NCBI GenBank assembly: GCA_964400645.1
Contig: CAYNVM010000003.1
Location: 1 to 55,799, forward strand
Direction of reading: 5' to 3'
From: an uncultured Akkermansia sp.
Lineage (GTDB): Bacteria; Verrucomicrobiota; Verrucomicrobiia; Verrucomicrobiales; Akkermansiaceae
Length of the DNA: 55,799 nt
This document shows positions 1 to 8,943 of this stretch, in pieces; position 1 is the first letter of the stretch, and every line of letters starts with the position of its first letter. The notes below the pieces were generated by a model. That model saw only the letters and a program-made list of their open reading frames with translations. It did no database searches and was not told the DNA's origin. The position numbers were made by a program, and so were the translations under genes.

Positions 1-52
1 AAAAAAGTTGAAGAAATTTTGAACAAACGGACAAAAATAGAGTCTACACAAT

Positions 53-176
53 ATCAGTAATACCTCTGGGCAAGGGGAAAGGAGAGAGTCCGCTTGTTTT
101 CAGATCAGGGTGTTATTGAGTTTCATATAGGTAGTAGTTAAAGATCCCACAGACGAGAAGTTTGTGGGATCTTGTT
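53..176 (+). ncRNA. Candidate small RNA
   Basis: GAAC(21-24)-N17-GTCTA(42-46) ECF-sigma-like promoter; hairpin AAGATCCCACAGA/TTTGTGGGATCTT (141-173) with weak U-tail; no ORF on +. Confidence 0.35.
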
Positions 177-275
177 ACGTTTAGGGTCAGGCTTCGCCTG
201 AAGTGGAAAGTGAGGAGTTTGCGTGTTGAGCGCGTTTTATTACTCCTCCCGATAGGCTTGGAAGGAGTAGGGGAT

Positions 276-309
276 AAAAAACACCTCCGAGGGGAGGCCC
301 GGAGGTGTT
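276..309 (-). terminator. Intrinsic terminator of GH89 gene
   Basis: Stem AACACCTCCG/CGGAGGTGTT, with an A-run on + giving a U-tract on -, just after the stop at 331. Confidence 0.8.
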
Positions 310-330
310 GGGAGGAAGCTTCGTTTGAGG

Positions 331-2889
331 TTAATTTTTAGTGAAGGAGAAGACGCCAGCTGAGTCTGTGCTACTGACTCCTTTAACGTCAGCTTTAATC
401 GTGTAGGAGTCCAGACCTGAACGGAGTTTCTCAACAGGGATGGTGTAGATATTGTCTTTATGTTCCCACCCCGTTGTGCCGTCGTGAACGTCTTCTGAGA
501 CAAGCTTATTGCCTTCGTACAGAGCGACTCGCTTGATCTGTAATGCGCTCTGACCTGATTTCCAGGTGAACTTGGCTTTGTACGTGCCTGCTTCCTTGAT
601 GATGTCAGAGACGTCAAAGGAGAAGGTCATTTCTCCGCTCGTCAGTTTCCATGACTGCCCAGAGTTGCCAGAAGTTCCCTTGGCGAGTCTGAGTGCTTCA
701 TCTTTGTATTTATTGAAGATCTCTGTGGCGACCGCATAGGTGTCACCCTCAGGTGTGGAGGTGTAGGCATCTGGTTGTGAATCCCACTGACGTTCGAAGT
801 CATGGTCTTGCTTGCGGAAGTCATCGTCGACTTGAGAGCGTTCGAGTTGTCCATCAAGAACCTTCCCGTAGGACGTGAAGAAGATTTCCCAACGATGGGC
901 ATAGAAGTCCTTCATTAGCCCAGCCAGTTGACGGTGAGAGTAGTCGTTAAGGCCATCAATATTGCCGTCCCACGTGGTGACCAAACGCTTACAGGCTTGA
1001 GCCATGTTGTCTTTTTCTGGCTTGGTTTGCCCCTTGGCCAGAGCGTGTTCGTACATTTGACCGAAGCGCCATTGTGGGTAGGTGCTCAGGAGCTGGTCCG
1101 TGGCTTTGATGAGGTCGAGGAATTCGGCCGACTTGGTGTCGAAATCCTTTTTATTGTCCGCATCGTAGGCCTCCATGATTTCTTCCAAGAGAGGGCGAGC
1201 CATGTCCGAGAGCATCTGACGAACGATATCAATGAGGTCGTAGCGATAGGTCTCTTGTTTTAGGTAATTGGGGACGAGCTTGCCGGCCTTGATGAAGCTT
1301 TCCGCCGCATCAATAACGTCCTTAGTGTCGTAGTAAATGGTTCCCGATGACCACGTGGAGGCTTTCTGGACATTACGCCCGGGGCGAGCGCAGAAGATGG
1401 ATTCCGTGCAACCTTCTTGTTCGCGGTTGGGGGAGTAGACGGAGCGTTCGAGAAGAGTGAGGCCCTTGACCAATTCTTCGTGGGCTTTCCCGTAACGAGA
1501 CCTAGCGTATTCCTTCAACCAAGAGGCGATGCCTTCGTCATCGACGACTTCGTCCTTGGGTTGCCAGAGACGACGGAAGAAGTATTCGTAGTATAAGGGG
1601 TTGGTTTCCGTGCCTTCAGAGATAAAGCCCAGTCCTTGCAATTTGTCATTGCTAGAGAACTTTTGCATTTCCCCGAGTTGGGCAATCTTTTTGAGACTAC
1701 CATAGAGCCCTTGGTTGCCACCGAAGTTGAGCAACTCCGTCCAGATCCAAGGGGTGTCGCTGAAGTTGCCGATTCGACTTTCAGGCATGACGCTGCTCAT
1801 ATTGCGGTCAAGAGTCAGAACGAGTGTGTGTTCCTTATCCACACCATCGATGAGGGCTCTGGTGGGGTTTTGATGCCATGCTTGGAGAACCCATGTACTG
1901 CCAGGTGCGGCTTTTTGCATGGCAGCTTGGACGCACTGAGCGGCTTCCGTGACGTTGATGTCACCCGACTGACCGCCTTCGTGGAAGAGGTCTCCTCCCA
2001 ACATCGTAGGCTTCATGCCGTAGACCTTTTCCAGGTTCTTGTACCAGATGGCGGCAACTTTGTTGAAGGCCTTGGTGGTAGGATCGAGAACGATGGGGCG
2101 TGTGTGGCCACACCATTCGCCTTGAGGGACGTATTTGGCGTCGCCTTCCTTGAAGTAGTCGCCCAAGTCGTGAGGAACGAGTCCGACGAAGCCTTGCAGG
2201 ACAGGGGTCATGCCATAGGCCTTCATCGTTGTGACGATCTGGCGACCTAACTTAGCTTCACGGTCGATGACTCCCTGAGTGAGAGGTCCCCCCATTCCTT
2301 CGAGGTTGCCCATGTTCCACCAGGCGGCGGCTGAGGGGTTGGGGATGAAGGCAAAGATTTTGTCTTCAGGATAGCCCAGATCTTTCAGGGTCAACTGCCA
2401 TACCTTTTCTAGACCAGCTTGAACGAGGGCTAGATTAATGCCATTCATGGCCATTCGATCCAATTCAGTAGCCCATTCCTTGGGACCCCAGAAGGCTGAC
2501 GTGTATGACAGGGTGCAGTAATTATAAGCGTAACGCCACTTCCATGGAGTCTCTACTTCAATGGGGCTTTTGAGGGCAGGAAGGTTTTTTGGAAGTTTGA
2601 GGCGGTTGCCATTCCATGACCAATTGAGACGAAGGACGTGACGCAAGTAATAGCCATATCCTGCGGCCAATTCGTTGGGATTGCCGGCTTCGATGGCAAT
2701 CTTTCCTTTGTTGGCAGCGATTTTGAAACCAGAACGTTTGGGGTTCAGGGAAAGGGAAATTTGTTTAGAAAGTTCCGGCGTCATTTTTGCAACCAAAGCA
2801 TCGACTGATGCGGTAGGAGAGGCGGCTATTGCAGGGGCAACCATGGCCACTGTGGCAGCAGCGCAGAAAAGAGAGGGAAGGCGGTTCAT
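331..2889 (-). CDS. Alpha-N-acetylglucosaminidase, GH89 (NAGLU family), secreted
   Basis: Signal peptide; RYAYNYCTLSYT, WWNMGNLEG, LLNFGGN, EGTETNP, LNDYSHR motifs typical of GH89; C-terminal beta-rich extension. Confidence 0.95.
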   Translation of the reverse strand: MNRLPSLFCAAATVAMVAPAIAASPTASVDALVAKMTPELSKQISLSLNPKRSGFKIAANKGKIAIEAGNPNELAAGYGYYLRHVLRLNWSWNGNRLKLPKNLPALKSPIEVETPWKWRYAYNYCTLSYTSAFWGPKEWATELDRMAMNGINLALVQAGLEKVWQLTLKDLGYPEDKIFAFIPNPSAAAWWNMGNLEGMGGPLTQGVIDREAKLGRQIVTTMKAYGMTPVLQGFVGLVPHDLGDYFKEGDAKYVPQGEWCGHTRPIVLDPTTKAFNKVAAIWYKNLEKVYGMKPTMLGGDLFHEGGQSGDINVTEAAQCVQAAMQKAAPGSTWVLQAWHQNPTRALIDGVDKEHTLVLTLDRNMSSVMPESRIGNFSDTPWIWTELLNFGGNQGLYGSLKKIAQLGEMQKFSSNDKLQGLGFISEGTETNPLYYEYFFRRLWQPKDEVVDDEGIASWLKEYARSRYGKAHEELVKGLTLLERSVYSPNREQEGCTESIFCARPGRNVQKASTWSSGTIYYDTKDVIDAAESFIKAGKLVPNYLKQETYRYDLIDIVRQMLSDMARPLLEEIMEAYDADNKKDFDTKSAEFLDLIKATDQLLSTYPQWRFGQMYEHALAKGQTKPEKDNMAQACKRLVTTWDGNIDGLNDYSHRQLAGLMKDFYAHRWEIFFTSYGKVLDGQLERSQVDDDFRKQDHDFERQWDSQPDAYTSTPEGDTYAVATEIFNKYKDEALRLAKGTSGNSGQSWKLTSGEMTFSFDVSDIIKEAGTYKAKFTWKSGQSALQIKRVALYEGNKLVSEDVHDGTTGWEHKDNIYTIPVEKLRSGLDSYTIKADVKGVSSTDSAGVFSFTKN

Positions 2890-3177
2890 AGATAGTTGAG
2901 TATGGAGGTGAAACGTCCGGTACTTGGAGCAACTATGCCAAAAAGAGATGTCAAATCAATCATGAAGCTCGTCCCAAAAGGGATCTTTAAGGCATCTTGT
3001 TGTGCGATTTCCAGGTTATTACAGGAATATACATGAAAACGTGAAATGAGATATATCAATAGATTATATATGACTATGTTGTTGGCGCGGCCATAAGGCC
3101 TGACGATAGAGTGCCTAGGTAAAGCATTGATTGAGTGTACGCAATTTTGATATACCCTCGAGGTAACTGGAGGTTTC

Positions 3178-4230
3178 ATGTCTAATCGATTTGCCATTCC
3201 CAAAAGCCTGAAGCGTGCTGATTTGTTGACGGTAGCTATCGTGTCTCTCTTGCTAGGATTGGTTCCTGGTTGGGTCAAGAATAGTGGTGACGAGTGGGAA
3301 GGAGTTGTTGAGTCTCAACAGCAAGAGGTGGCAAAGAAGCCGGCTGCGTCCAAGCCTGCTCGCAACAAGGGGACTCGAACGACCACAGCCAAGAACAAGG
3401 TGGCGGTTCGCTTTTTGCACATGAATTTGGAGAATTATATGGTGAACGAGGAGCCGAAGAGAAGTAAGCAGGAGAGTAAGTATAAGAGTGTTGCTTCTCG
3501 AGAGGCTGTGGCACGAGTCATTGCCGAGGCAAAGCCCGACTTGGTGAGTGTCTGTGAGGTGGGCGGACAGATTTCGTTGAATGACCTGAAAAAGCGTCTA
3601 GGGAAACAGGGCATTGATTATCCCTACCAAGCTGTTGTGGAACGAGTGGGGGAGGAAAGGGCGTTAGGGATTCTTTCGCGGTACCCTATCGTGAAGAATA
3701 ATTCTTCGAAGAAGGTGTCTCTTCCCAATAGCTTAGCTGATGGCCCTCGTGATATGTTACGGGGAATCCTCGATGTCACTGTTAAAACGGACGATAATAG
3801 AGAATTCCGGTTGATTGGGGTTCACCTCAAATCGCGCCTCAATGGTGTGTCCAGAACGGAATCCGTGAGACGTCGCGAAGCGCAAGCCATACGAAGCCGC
3901 CTGGATAAGGCGATGCAGGAAGATCCTGACCTTCCTATTCTAGTGTCTGGAGATTTTAATGATGGACCAACGGATCCTTCTGTCGAACTCGTGAGGGGGA
4001 CAAAATCCAGTGACCGAGGTATGTTTAGGGTTCGCCCGGTGGATAGTCGGGGTGAAGCGTGGACAATCACACACGATGAGGTCGATGCTTACTATTCCTA
4101 CGATCATATCCTCGTCAACGATGCTCTCCGTGATCGTATTGGCGGGTCGAAAGCTTCATGTGGCATTGTGGACATTCCAGAATCGTCTCAGGCCAGTGAT
4201 CACCGTGCCGTTTGGGTTGATCTGAAATGA
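3178..4230 (+). CDS. Endonuclease/exonuclease/phosphatase (EEP) family protein with N-terminal membrane anchor
   Basis: MNLENY, CEV, HLKS, GDFND, DHIL, SDHRAV catalytic motifs. Confidence 0.9.
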   Translation: MSNRFAIPKSLKRADLLTVAIVSLLLGLVPGWVKNSGDEWEGVVESQQQEVAKKPAASKPARNKGTRTTTAKNKVAVRFLHMNLENYMVNEEPKRSKQESKYKSVASREAVARVIAEAKPDLVSVCEVGGQISLNDLKKRLGKQGIDYPYQAVVERVGEERALGILSRYPIVKNNSSKKVSLPNSLADGPRDMLRGILDVTVKTDDNREFRLIGVHLKSRLNGVSRTESVRRREAQAIRSRLDKAMQEDPDLPILVSGDFNDGPTDPSVELVRGTKSSDRGMFRVRPVDSRGEAWTITHDEVDAYYSYDHILVNDALRDRIGGSKASCGIVDIPESSQASDHRAVWVDLK

Positions 4231-4250
4231 TCCCTTTACGGTCTAAAGCA

Positions 4251-4286
4251 AACGAGGCCATCTAGGTTGTTCTAGATGGCCTCGTT
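4251..4286. terminator. Bidirectional terminator
   Basis: Perfect 15-bp inverted repeat AACGAGGCCATCTAG/CTAGATGGCCTCGTT between convergent genes. Confidence 0.85.
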
Positions 4287-4306
4287 GTGTCTATGAGAAG
4301 AGGAGC

Positions 4307-5659
4307 TTATTCGTTGAAGAGATCGTCATCATCTTCAGAGCTTGCTTTAGGCTGAGCCTGAGAGGGTGACGGTTCTGCAGGGACTTCAGTGATCTTGGAA
4401 GGTACTGAAGGAGCACTTTCTTCAGTGTTTGAGGAAGAAGCGTTTTTATCCTTTTTGTTACCCTTGGCGTTCTTGGAGGGCTTGGACGACTTATTAGCTT
4501 TTGCAGGCTTAGCAGGAGCATCGTCGATGATTTCGATATCGTCGTCATCATCCACTGGCGCTTTAGCCTTGCTAGGCTTCTGCGGTTTGGCGACTAAGAC
4601 GGATTTAGGCTTTTGAGTAGATCCGAAGCCATCCGAGGTGGAGTCATCCATGGGGAGGGAAGGGACAGGAGCATCGCCTACCATCAGACGCATGAGTTCT
4701 TGCACACGAGCGCTCTGTTCACGAGGATCCTTGGTCTTGCGGATAAGAGAGAGCATGTTCTTACTGGCCGTTGCTTCATCTCCATGCTTAAAGCAGTCCA
4801 TTTCACATGCCCACAAGAGAGAATCCATCGTCTTGTTGGCTTCATCGGTGAGGTCTTCTCGTTTGTTTCCACTATTGCGTTGTGAAGAGGAAACGTAACC
4901 TCGAATTGTTGTTTTCTTCTTCGTTTGGTCGGAATTATTGGAACTGGAATCGTCATCGCCCTTTGTATCAGACATGTCCATGGTCAACTTAATGCGCTTG
5001 TTCCAAGCTTCACGAAGACCTGTTACATTATTCGTGTTACGGTAGGGAGGAAAGACGAGCTTTTCAAAGATATCTCCGATATTGGTGGGGGAGTCCGGGA
5101 AATCTTTTCCGCGGATTTGTCCGACCCCCAAGAAGGTTCCTACAGGTCCAGACAGAAGGTTGGAGCCCAATTCGCCTTTTTGCTCTTTAAGATTGGCGTA
5201 GTCATTGCTGATAGCAGAGACAATTGATAGAGCCGTTGTTGTTAACTTAGAATAATCAGGGTTTTCACCTTTGATGCTTGCAGCTTGAAGGCAAAGAATG
5301 GCCCATTGGCAACGGATTTTTAACGACTTCTTAAAAGCAGAGTTGCTTAGTTTATCTTTATTTTGATCTTTCCAAGCTCTCCAGTCCTTGTCCTTTTTGT
5401 TTTTATCATCGAAGAGAACTTTCTTACAACTCTTCTCATACAGATCAAGGGCTGCATTTTCATCTGAAGCTCCTGGTCTCAGTGCACTGAGTGCTGCTGT
5501 AACTACTTTATTTTCTGTACTTTCGTTACCTGCAAGGATTTGTTGTAACAGATTGACAAGAGTCGCTTTATCTTGAGCTGAAAGAGAGTCAGCAGAGGAG
5601 ACTCCAGGTGACAAGAAGGCTAGTAGGCAGAGAGGGAGAAGACGTGGCAGAAGTTTCAT
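4307..5659 (-). CDS. Secreted hypothetical protein, helical core with acidic/Lys low-complexity C-terminus
   Basis: 450-aa ORF, signal peptide (MKLLPRLLPLCLLAFLSPGVSSA), no recognised motif. Confidence 0.8.
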   Translation of the reverse strand: MKLLPRLLPLCLLAFLSPGVSSADSLSAQDKATLVNLLQQILAGNESTENKVVTAALSALRPGASDENAALDLYEKSCKKVLFDDKNKKDKDWRAWKDQNKDKLSNSAFKKSLKIRCQWAILCLQAASIKGENPDYSKLTTTALSIVSAISNDYANLKEQKGELGSNLLSGPVGTFLGVGQIRGKDFPDSPTNIGDIFEKLVFPPYRNTNNVTGLREAWNKRIKLTMDMSDTKGDDDSSSNNSDQTKKKTTIRGYVSSSQRNSGNKREDLTDEANKTMDSLLWACEMDCFKHGDEATASKNMLSLIRKTKDPREQSARVQELMRLMVGDAPVPSLPMDDSTSDGFGSTQKPKSVLVAKPQKPSKAKAPVDDDDDIEIIDDAPAKPAKANKSSKPSKNAKGNKKDKNASSSNTEESAPSVPSKITEVPAEPSPSQAQPKASSEDDDDLFNE

Positions 5660-5728
5660 CGTATCGTCCTTTACTATGACCTAATGAGAACGACCTGGCA
5701 AGATGGAAGTCCATAGCAAAAGTCTGGA

Positions 5729-7762
5729 TCAATGACCACCGCGCCTAATGATGGCATCTACAGCTTTGACTATCAGAGATGATACGCGTTTTGCAGACGC
5801 TCTGCTTCCTGAAGTATTCTGAATATCCTCGTTTCCAATGTACGTGGTGAGCAGATGAGCTTTAGTGGTTACGGAGGGAAACTTGGCTTTGATGGTAATG
5901 AGTTCAGAGCGAGTCATTACGTAAACTTCAGAGGCATGTTCAATCATTTCCTCAGTGAGGGGTTGACGAGATGAAAGCGGAAGTTTCGTTTGTTGTTCCT
6001 CAAGGATGAATGAAACATCTGGATCAAAAGGATCTCCTCTCCAAGCGGCAAGACCTGCAGAGTTGCAGGAAATGTCTGTACGGTCACTGATCAGTTTGAG
6101 GCAAAGCGCATGGGCAATGGGGCTTCTGAAATCATGATTGGCACAGACGAAGAGAATGGCTCGATGTTGCGGAGCTGTGCTCTTCTTGGCGAAGAAACGT
6201 ATCTTTGAAGGTTTCGGGGATTTCTTCTGTGTGTCCTCAGACTCGTTTTGAGGAGGCAAAGGCGTTTCATCTTTATTCTCAGAAACTGGAGCCGTTGTTT
6301 GCGATGGGGCAGAACGTTGCTTCGAATGCGGAATAGGGATGTCCTTTGGTTGATTGAATTCAATGACTTCAGAGGGAGCTGGAGGGGTGCGCCGTTGATT
6401 GTCAGTCTGCGCAGAAACAGATTCCTCAGTGGGTTCTTCCGTTGTTTCACCCTGAATACTTTCGGTTGGGTGGAAGAATAGAGAGACAATCCACAGGAAA
6501 AGGACAGCTACGATGGGCGATAGGAAAGGAAGCCACTCATGATTCATGAGTAGCAGGAAGATGGCCACAAGTAATGGAATAACGATGGCTACAGAAAAGA
6601 GCAGTTTGCGGTAAAACCCACCGAAGTGAATGGCACAAAGGGCGACAAGAATGGTATCGATGAGGACGATCCATTGGGTGGCGCTATCGGTGAGGTTGAT
6701 CTTTTCTGGCGGAAGAGGAGCAAATCCTCTGAGGAGGCTACGAATTGTCCAAGCCGTTTGGAAGGCAAGGGGAGTCGGCCCAATTTCTGACTCAGAAGGC
6801 TCGTCTACGAGTAACGTTTTTATTTGTTTGAGCTCATCTTCAGACTCTGTATCGAACTGACTGGTTTCATCGCCAGAGTTGAGATCGATCAGTTTCTCTA
6901 GGCTGAACACTTTAGGTTTGAAATCCTGAGAAAGCTGAATGCGTCCCTGATTATCAATGGGTAGAGTTAGCTGAGAACCAAGATGTATGGCATGGCCAAG
7001 CTCGACGCTCAAATGTTCAGACGTAAGACCAAGACTTTGAAGCGTGGCAATAAGAGGGAAAGTCGGCATGACTTTATTTCCCCAACGGATAAATAATGGG
7101 GCGGATGAGTCCTTATTATCCGAAGAATCAAAGAGTGAGTCGTTTTCTATGATATAAGGAACGGTCAGCTCGTTGACGGCAAGCTGAGGAGAGTCGCCGT
7201 AGAGTTTGTTGGTTGGAGGCAGTTGTGAGATATCTCCTTGGATCTGATCGGGATTCAGCTCCCACTGTGCCCAGTAGGAGGGGAATTCAGAATCTCTGGC
7301 AGAGAGAGTCGTCTTTAGTCCAATGACTTTAGAACTAAATGAATTGAGTTCGTGAAGCACCGCATCATTGATGACTTCATCGGGGGCTTGATCCCAGACA
7401 AGGGGGGCAGAGATGGCGATGTGGTTCAGCCCATTGTGCCGAAGTTGGTACAAGAGGACTGCCCAGTCCATGGGTTCGGGCGGGTAACTCGCAAAGGTGT
7501 CGCTGACTGGCCCTTTGTGGAGAGAAAGAAGACCTACGTTTTTAGGCGTTGATTGTTGGTACGGAGTGATTTCAAAGTGGCTACTATCAGCCGTTTCTTG
7601 CCACTTAAATTTTCGTTCAGGATGTTGAAGCTTAAGCGCAACATGAGAGGGAACGCGATAGAGAACGCTGTATAGGGAATGCGTATTTACCCCAAGCAGA
7701 ATGGCGATTCCCAGAGCTATCTGGAATAGCGCCACATAAAGCATTATCCTGAACTTTAACAT
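5729..7762 (-). CDS. Membrane protein: CHASE2-like extracytoplasmic domain, 3 TM helices, linker, divergent LMW-PTP/ArsC-like domain
   Basis: N-terminal TM; APLFIRWGNKVMPTFPL...LPIDNQGRI resembles the CHASE2 C-terminus; three hydrophobic helices; ILFVCANHDFRS (CX5RS), SAG, QPLT, VYVMT typical of LMW-PTP. Confidence 0.75.
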   Translation of the reverse strand: MLKFRIMLYVALFQIALGIAILLGVNTHSLYSVLYRVPSHVALKLQHPERKFKWQETADSSHFEITPYQQSTPKNVGLLSLHKGPVSDTFASYPPEPMDWAVLLYQLRHNGLNHIAISAPLVWDQAPDEVINDAVLHELNSFSSKVIGLKTTLSARDSEFPSYWAQWELNPDQIQGDISQLPPTNKLYGDSPQLAVNELTVPYIIENDSLFDSSDNKDSSAPLFIRWGNKVMPTFPLIATLQSLGLTSEHLSVELGHAIHLGSQLTLPIDNQGRIQLSQDFKPKVFSLEKLIDLNSGDETSQFDTESEDELKQIKTLLVDEPSESEIGPTPLAFQTAWTIRSLLRGFAPLPPEKINLTDSATQWIVLIDTILVALCAIHFGGFYRKLLFSVAIVIPLLVAIFLLLMNHEWLPFLSPIVAVLFLWIVSLFFHPTESIQGETTEEPTEESVSAQTDNQRRTPPAPSEVIEFNQPKDIPIPHSKQRSAPSQTTAPVSENKDETPLPPQNESEDTQKKSPKPSKIRFFAKKSTAPQHRAILFVCANHDFRSPIAHALCLKLISDRTDISCNSAGLAAWRGDPFDPDVSFILEEQQTKLPLSSRQPLTEEMIEHASEVYVMTRSELITIKAKFPSVTTKAHLLTTYIGNEDIQNTSGSRASAKRVSSLIVKAVDAIIRRGGH

Positions 7763-8757
7763 GAAGCCAAATGACTTTTAGCGCTAGAAATAATAGGAGA
7801 GAGAACGGATTCATAATTCGTTCCGACAACGAGCTCCGCAATAGTGTCAAGAGTGGGGATGATCAGAGAGGCGTACCAGGCATGACCTTTGGTCCCATAA
7901 TTGGCATATGCTCCTGTCGCTTGGAGAAGGCGTTGCAAGGCGCATTTCAGGAATAGCTGTTCGTCGAGAGCATGGCCTGTTATTTCTTCCCAGTCTTTCT
8001 TCAGATCATGGCGTTCTGCTAGACTCAGAGACGTGTAGGGATCATATAGCAGGGAGGCCAAATCATACTCAGCAAGACCTAAACGCATTCCTTGGAAATC
8101 AATCAAATAGGCCTGTTGATTGACAATGTGAATGTTTTGGGATTGAAAATCGCGATGGAGCAAGCACCGAGGGAGACTCGCTAGCTCTTCAGATAGTGAT
8201 TTGAAGTGCGGATCTTGGGGCAAAATGCTAGGATCTTGCTGACAGATTGTCCCAATGACGTGTTCTGCAAAATACGACTGTTCCCACTCATACAAGTTGG
8301 AATCGAAGGGTGGTTGCAGAGGAAAATTGGTAGGCTCGGGGAGGGAATGTAGGAGGTGTAGTTCCTTTAAGGCCGAATCATAGAGAGGACGACGAATAGA
8401 CCATGGGCGTGAGGAAAAGGAGAGCAAATTGGCATCGCCCAAATCTTCAGTAAACGCCCATCCACATCCATTGTCCTCCATATGGTAGTCGATGATTTTA
8501 GGGACATGGACACCAGAAGAGGATAGGAATAAGCCTACTGGGACAAAAGAATGGTTATCGGCCCTATCATTCGTCCATCTAATTCCAATGAGGGAGGATT
8601 GTGGCCAAGTTACTCTTGTGATCATGCGCCCCGAGGCTCCTTGGGTAATCAGGCGGACATGGCAGTCCGAGGGTTGCAGGTGAAAACGACGAGTTACGTA
8701 GTCTGCGAAAAAATCCAAGGGAGCGGAAGTTGAAGGGGATGAACAGGTGTTAGTCAT
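7756..8757 (-). CDS. APH/choline-kinase-like phosphotransferase, AmgK-like (MurNAc/GlcNAc anomeric kinase)
   Basis: GASGR, EDLGD, LLHRDFQSQNI, LIDFQG, YDLASLLYDPY motifs; stop codon overlaps the start of the next gene. Confidence 0.85.
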   Translation of the reverse strand: MTNTCSSPSTSAPLDFFADYVTRRFHLQPSDCHVRLITQGASGRMITRVTWPQSSLIGIRWTNDRADNHSFVPVGLFLSSSGVHVPKIIDYHMEDNGCGWAFTEDLGDANLLSFSSRPWSIRRPLYDSALKELHLLHSLPEPTNFPLQPPFDSNLYEWEQSYFAEHVIGTICQQDPSILPQDPHFKSLSEELASLPRCLLHRDFQSQNIHIVNQQAYLIDFQGMRLGLAEYDLASLLYDPYTSLSLAERHDLKKDWEEITGHALDEQLFLKCALQRLLQATGAYANYGTKGHAWYASLIIPTLDTIAELVVGTNYESVLSPIISSAKSHLASC

Positions 8758-8943
8758 GGAAGTACCTGCGTTTATGACACAGAAGATGGCAGAAATAACT
8801 CGTAGCGATTGTCCATGAAATCAATAGAGTCGCAAGCAAAAATGCCGTTGTCTCCGAGTCTCAATCGGTCTGGCTATGAAAGTTTCAGTTTGCTTTCTGC
8901 TTTTGTTTTTGTTTGATTTCGTAATTGTACATTAAATTGTAAC

